Of a stretch of 36,656 nt of DNA, positions 32,975 to 36,656 are shown one piece after another. The stretch is from a virus (lineage: Duplodnaviria; Caudoviricetes). The notes below the pieces were generated by a model. It had not been told where the DNA came from. It worked only from the letters and a program-made list of their open reading frames with translations, and did no database searches. The translations under genes and the position numbers were made by a program. How positions within the stretch are numbered: the stretch's first letter is position 1; each line of letters opens with the position of its first letter. Location of the stretch: IMG/VR virus record IMGVR_UViG_3300048606_000040, positions 1 to 36,656 of that record. One strand, 5' to 3'.

Positions 32975-33550
32975 ATGGCCACCCGACAGCGTAAAAAGAC
33001 CCAGAAGCCGCGGCGCCCCGCTCGAGCCCTATCTGTTGGCCAGGGCAAGCTCGAGCAGGCGCCGCGGCCGACGGCCGACTGGGCGAAGAGCGCGAAGCTG
33101 CTCGGGTTCATCATGCGGCTCGGGATGCACGGCAACGTCACCCGCGCGATCGCCGGCGCCCAGGTCGACCGCGGCTACTGCTACGACAAGCGCAACACCG
33201 ATACCGAGTTCGCGGCCGCCTGGGATGAGGCGAAGAAGATGGGCCTCGACGTGCTCAAGGACGAGGCCTGGCGCCGCGCGCACGAGGGCGTGGAGAAGAC
33301 GAAGTTCTACCAGGGGCTGCCGATCAAGGTGGCGAGCGGCAAGGGCAAGAACCGCCGGATGGTCGACTACGTCGAGCGGGAGTACTCGGACACCCTGCTG
33401 ATGTTTCTGATCAAGCAAGCGGATCCGAGCTTCCGCGAGCACTACGACGTCAACCTGGGCAACGCTGGCGGGCGGCCCTTCATGTTCCAGATGGTGCTAC
33501 ACCCGGAGGCGGCGAAGATCGCCGCGGCCGCGCGCACCGGGAGAAAGTAA
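32975..33550 (+). CDS. terS: Terminase small subunit
   Basis: GNVTRA, D.EFAAAWDEA, EAWRRA.EG and YSDTLLMFL motifs; upstream of TerL. Confidence 0.85.
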   Translation: MATRQRKKTQKPRRPARALSVGQGKLEQAPRPTADWAKSAKLLGFIMRLGMHGNVTRAIAGAQVDRGYCYDKRNTDTEFAAAWDEAKKMGLDVLKDEAWRRAHEGVEKTKFYQGLPIKVASGKGKNRRMVDYVEREYSDTLLMFLIKQADPSFREHYDVNLGNAGGRPFMFQMVLHPEAAKIAAAARTGRK

Positions 33551-33760
33551 ATGCTGTTGGTCACGCTGAAAGAAGTGCAGAAGGCGCCGGGCACCGTTCG
33601 GGAGATCGCCACCCGGCTCAACATGGAGGAGAGCCAGATCGCCCCCGAGCTCACGATATTGTGGAGCCGCGGAAAGGTGTCGCGCGTGAAGGTCCCGCAG
33701 CCCAAGGGCCGCCCGGTCTATCAGTACAGCGTGGCCGACGAGGCGAGCAGCCAGGCCTGA
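33551..33760 (+). CDS. Small wHTH protein between terS and terL
   Basis: T.REIA.RL......L..L...GKV.R......GRP.Y.Y pattern; abuts both neighbours. Confidence 0.72.
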   Translation: MLLVTLKEVQKAPGTVREIATRLNMEESQIAPELTILWSRGKVSRVKVPQPKGRPVYQYSVADEASSQA

Positions 33761-35370
33761 TGGCCGTCCGCGCCGACGACGTCTTCGTAACCGGGCAGCC
33801 CTCGACGGCGCTCGGCCGCCGGCCGGACTGGCAGCGTAAGAACCCTCTCACCACCGTCTACAAGGCCGGGTTCACGGGCACGCTGTTTCACCTGGCGCCG
33901 GCGTCGAAGACGGTGAAGGGGCTGATGGGCCCACTGGGCTCGGGCAAGTCGACGGCCTGCTGCGCCGAGGTGATGCGCCTCTCGATGCTGATGCCGATCG
34001 ACTCGACGGGTAAGCGCCGGGTGCGCTGCGCGGTGATTCGCAACACCTACCGCGAGCTCGCTGACTCGACGATCAACACCTGGCTCGACTGGTTCCCGGA
34101 GGAGTACTTCGGGCGATTCAACCGCGGCGACAACACGCACGAGATCCGGATCCAGCTCGCCGACGGATCCCAGCTCGAGCTCGATATGGTCTTCCGCGCG
34201 CTCGATCGGCCGGCGGACGTGAAGAAGCTGCTGTCGGTCGAGTACACCTTCGCCTGGGTGAACGAGGCGCGCGAGATCCCCTATGTGATCGTGACCATGC
34301 TGCGCGATCGCGTCGGCCGCTTCCCGTCGTACCGCGACGAGAAGATCAAGGCCGCCGGCGGCTACTGGGCCGGGCTGCTGATGGACACCAACCCGCCCGA
34401 CGAGGATCACTGGTGGTACAAGATCTTCGAGTTGGGCGGCATCGACCCCGGCCAGCAGACCGGCCGCGCGCCCGAGACCTGGCAGCTCTTCCGCCAGCCC
34501 TCCGGGCGCTCGCCCCAGGCCGAGAACCTCGAGAACCTGCGCCCCGGCTATTACCAGGACAGCAGCGGCCGCACGCCCGAGTGGGTGAAGGTCTACTACG
34601 ACGGCGGCTATGGATTCGTGAGCGATGGGCGCCCGGTGTATCCAGAGTTCACCGACGGCTTCCATTGCACCGAGTGGGCGACGGTGCTGGCCGGCGCCGA
34701 GATCCGCGTGGGCCTGGACTTCGGTCTCACCCCGGCGGCCGCCTTCGTGCAGCAGGATCTGCATGGCCGCTGGCGCGTGATCGACGAGCTCGTCGCCGAT
34801 GGCATGGGCATCACCCGCTTCGCCGAGCTCCTGAACCAGAAGATCCAGGCGGAGTACGCGGGCTTCAACTTCCGCTTTTTCGGCGATCCTGCCGGGGACC
34901 AGCGCGCGCAGACCGACGAGAACACGCCCTTCCGGATCCTGCGGGCCAACGAGATCTTCGCGACCCCTGCCCGCACCAACGACTTCAACCTGCGCCGGGA
35001 GGCAGTCGCCCAACCGCTCATGCGCATCATCGACGGGCGGCCGGGCCTCTCGATCCACCCGAAGTGCCGGCAGTTGAGAAAGGGCATGGCCGGGAAGTAC
35101 TGTTACCGCCGGGTCCAGATCGTGGGCGATGACCGCTTCCACGACAAACCGGACAAGGGGATCTACTCCCATGTGTGCGAGGCGCTGCAGTACGTGATGC
35201 TCGAGTTCGGCTCCAACCCCACGATGAGCAAGACCCAGCAGCAGGTGGGCTCGGTCGGCTTCCAGGCGCCAATGGACTGGTCGCCGTTCACCTCATTCGC
35301 CTGGGCGCGCTTCCCTTCCCACGTGCGGGCGGCCAATGGCCTGTGGATCCCGCGGCGGCTTGCCGCGTGA
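33760..35370 (+). CDS. terL: Terminase large subunit (536 aa)
   Basis: Walker A GPLGSGKS, IRNTY.EL, Walker B AWVNEARE, DTNPP, nuclease GLDFG, GDPAG and SHVCEALQY. Confidence 0.95.
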   Translation: MAVRADDVFVTGQPSTALGRRPDWQRKNPLTTVYKAGFTGTLFHLAPASKTVKGLMGPLGSGKSTACCAEVMRLSMLMPIDSTGKRRVRCAVIRNTYRELADSTINTWLDWFPEEYFGRFNRGDNTHEIRIQLADGSQLELDMVFRALDRPADVKKLLSVEYTFAWVNEAREIPYVIVTMLRDRVGRFPSYRDEKIKAAGGYWAGLLMDTNPPDEDHWWYKIFELGGIDPGQQTGRAPETWQLFRQPSGRSPQAENLENLRPGYYQDSSGRTPEWVKVYYDGGYGFVSDGRPVYPEFTDGFHCTEWATVLAGAEIRVGLDFGLTPAAAFVQQDLHGRWRVIDELVADGMGITRFAELLNQKIQAEYAGFNFRFFGDPAGDQRAQTDENTPFRILRANEIFATPARTNDFNLRREAVAQPLMRIIDGRPGLSIHPKCRQLRKGMAGKYCYRRVQIVGDDRFHDKPDKGIYSHVCEALQYVMLEFGSNPTMSKTQQQVGSVGFQAPMDWSPFTSFAWARFPSHVRAANGLWIPRRLAA

Positions 35371-35690
35371 CCGTCCAGATCGCCAAGCGCATCGGCCGCG
35401 CGCTCGGCGTCGCGAGCGCCACCAAGCTCGCCGATCTTGACCAGGCGCTGCGCGAGTTCGTGCGCTCGGTGAGCCCGGGCGCCACGGTCCCGGTGCTGGG
35501 CTCGATCGACACGAGCCAGGTGATCTCCGGCACCTTCGCGATCGCGCGGATCCCGATCATCCCGGCCGCGACCCAGATCTCGGGCGCCACGCTCGGCAAC
35601 TTCGCGAACGATGCCGCGGCCGCCGGCGGCGGTGTCGCGGTGGGCTCGCTCTATCGCAACGGCTCGATCGTCATGGTGCGGGTCGTTTGA
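35367..35690 (+). CDS. Short fibre-like virion protein (107 aa)
   Basis: GTGA overlap; C-terminal FANDAAAAGGGVAVGSLYRNG..MVRV resembles fibre-tip modules. Confidence 0.65.
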   Translation: MTVQIAKRIGRALGVASATKLADLDQALREFVRSVSPGATVPVLGSIDTSQVISGTFAIARIPIIPAATQISGATLGNFANDAAAAGGGVAVGSLYRNGSIVMVRVV

Positions 35691-36211
35691 CGGGGATCCT
35701 GGGCGCTACCCGCGCGCAGCTCGAGAGCTCGCCCACCCGCTGGTACATCGTCTTCTGCCCGGTCGAGCGCCGGGACTGGTGGGACCTGGTCTTCCACCTC
35801 AAGCCCAGCCACGGCCACGTCTACGCGCTGCGCTGGGACGGGTTCAACTGGCTGCTCTTCAACCCGCACGCCGGCTACACCGACATTGCGATCGTGGCGG
35901 CCGCCGATGAGAATGCGCTCGCCCAGCTGGTGGACCCTGGCGCTACGGTGCTCGAGGTGGAGGCGTTCCGGCGAGTCGATCGACTTCGCGGACGCTGGTG
36001 GGCGGGGCCTATGACCTGCGTCGAGCAGGTGAAGGCCTTGCTGGGGCTGTCGGTCGGGGTGATATTCACGCCCTGGCAGCTGTACCGCTATCTGCTGAGG
36101 TGCGCCGATGATCGAGTCAACTCGCGGATCCGCGTCCGCCCCGTGCCAGGCCTGACGTGGGCAGCTGGACCGGCAAGTACGACCCCGTCCGCCTCATCAC
36201 GGACAAGGTGA
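35687..36211 (+). CDS. Putative permuted papain-like (His before Cys) protein
   Basis: TTGA overlap; GHVYAL...TCVEQVK.LLG...TPWQLY pattern. Confidence 0.65.
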   Translation: MTGILGATRAQLESSPTRWYIVFCPVERRDWWDLVFHLKPSHGHVYALRWDGFNWLLFNPHAGYTDIAIVAAADENALAQLVDPGATVLEVEAFRRVDRLRGRWWAGPMTCVEQVKALLGLSVGVIFTPWQLYRYLLRCADDRVNSRIRVRPVPGLTWAAGPASTTPSASSRTR

Positions 36212-36456
36212 CGAAGGCGACCGGGATCAAGCCGATCGCCGGCTACATCCACGAGAAGATCTCCAACGCCGCGCACCGCGCCGCCGACAGTTACCTCAAC
36301 CAGCAGCCGGAAGGCCACGAGAACCGGGCATCCAACCGGCGCGCAGCCGAGACGCAGTACGCCGCCTCTCGCGGCAAGCAGGCGGAATACGACACGGCGC
36401 CGGCCATGCGCAAGGCCATGCGCCGGCGCGGACTAACGATCATGGGAGGTGGGTGA
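36157..36456 (+). CDS. Hypothetical protein (start uncertain)
   Basis: Typical codons; TGA overlaps the next ATG. Confidence 0.6.
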   Translation: MGSWTGKYDPVRLITDKVTKATGIKPIAGYIHEKISNAAHRAADSYLNQQPEGHENRASNRRAAETQYAASRGKQAEYDTAPAMRKAMRRRGLTIMGGG

Positions 36457-36656
36457 TGGGTGGCAAACCGAAGACTCCGAAGCCCACGGCCCAGGAGCTC
36501 GAGCTCGCGCGCAACCAGCGCGATGAGCTCAACGACCAGACCCGGGACAAGAACCAGACGCTGAAAGCGCTGAAGCGATCGCTCGGCGGCCGGCGCGGCC
36601 TGCTCGGGAGCGGCTCGGAGCTCGGGATCGGCGTGCGCAGCCGCGGCGGTGGATCC
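36456..36656 (+). CDS. 5' part of the junction-spanning Gly-rich virion protein (MGGKPKTPKPTAQELE...)
   Basis: GGAGGT RBS, TGATG coupling; continues to TAA at 295. Confidence 0.8.
   Translation, partial: MGGKPKTPKPTAQELELARNQRDELNDQTRDKNQTLKALKRSLGGRRGLLGSGSELGIGVRSRGGGS
36530..36656. repeat. Terminal direct repeat, copy 2
   Basis: Identical to 1-127. Confidence 0.95.

Noticed and set aside
33721-35172. 483-aa minus-strand ORF
   Set aside because: Shadow of terL.

Overview
The window is an apparently complete, circular, high-GC podovirus genome of 36,529 bp; bases 1-127 repeat exactly at 36530-36656. The plus-strand late region carries TerS, TerL, a T7/BPP-1-like portal, scaffold, major capsid protein, tail tubular proteins A and B, four internal (ejection) proteins, a tailspike and an atypical lysis cassette. 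The minus-strand early region (22926-28921) holds small genes, a ParB protein, a Rad52/Sak-like annealase and a C5 DNA methyltransferase. A short middle region holds a wHTH regulator, an origin, an initiator-like protein and a VRR-NUC nuclease. I could not recognise an integrase, DNA or RNA polymerase, helicase or primase. Three observations stand out. (1) The 1111-aa ejection protein carries ParB-like and RelA/SpoT-like domains and appears to hide three nested genes, including an antisense gene with its own TATAAT box and GGAGGA RBS right after the RelA/SpoT domain (candidate immunity protein). (2) The methyltransferase lies in a lower-GC 588-bp element with perfect 19-bp inverted repeats that contain its RBS and ATG, plus a 5-bp direct repeat. 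(3) The origin resembles a bacterial oriC, with DnaA boxes followed by DnaA-trios. All family calls come from motif recognition by eye, not database searches.
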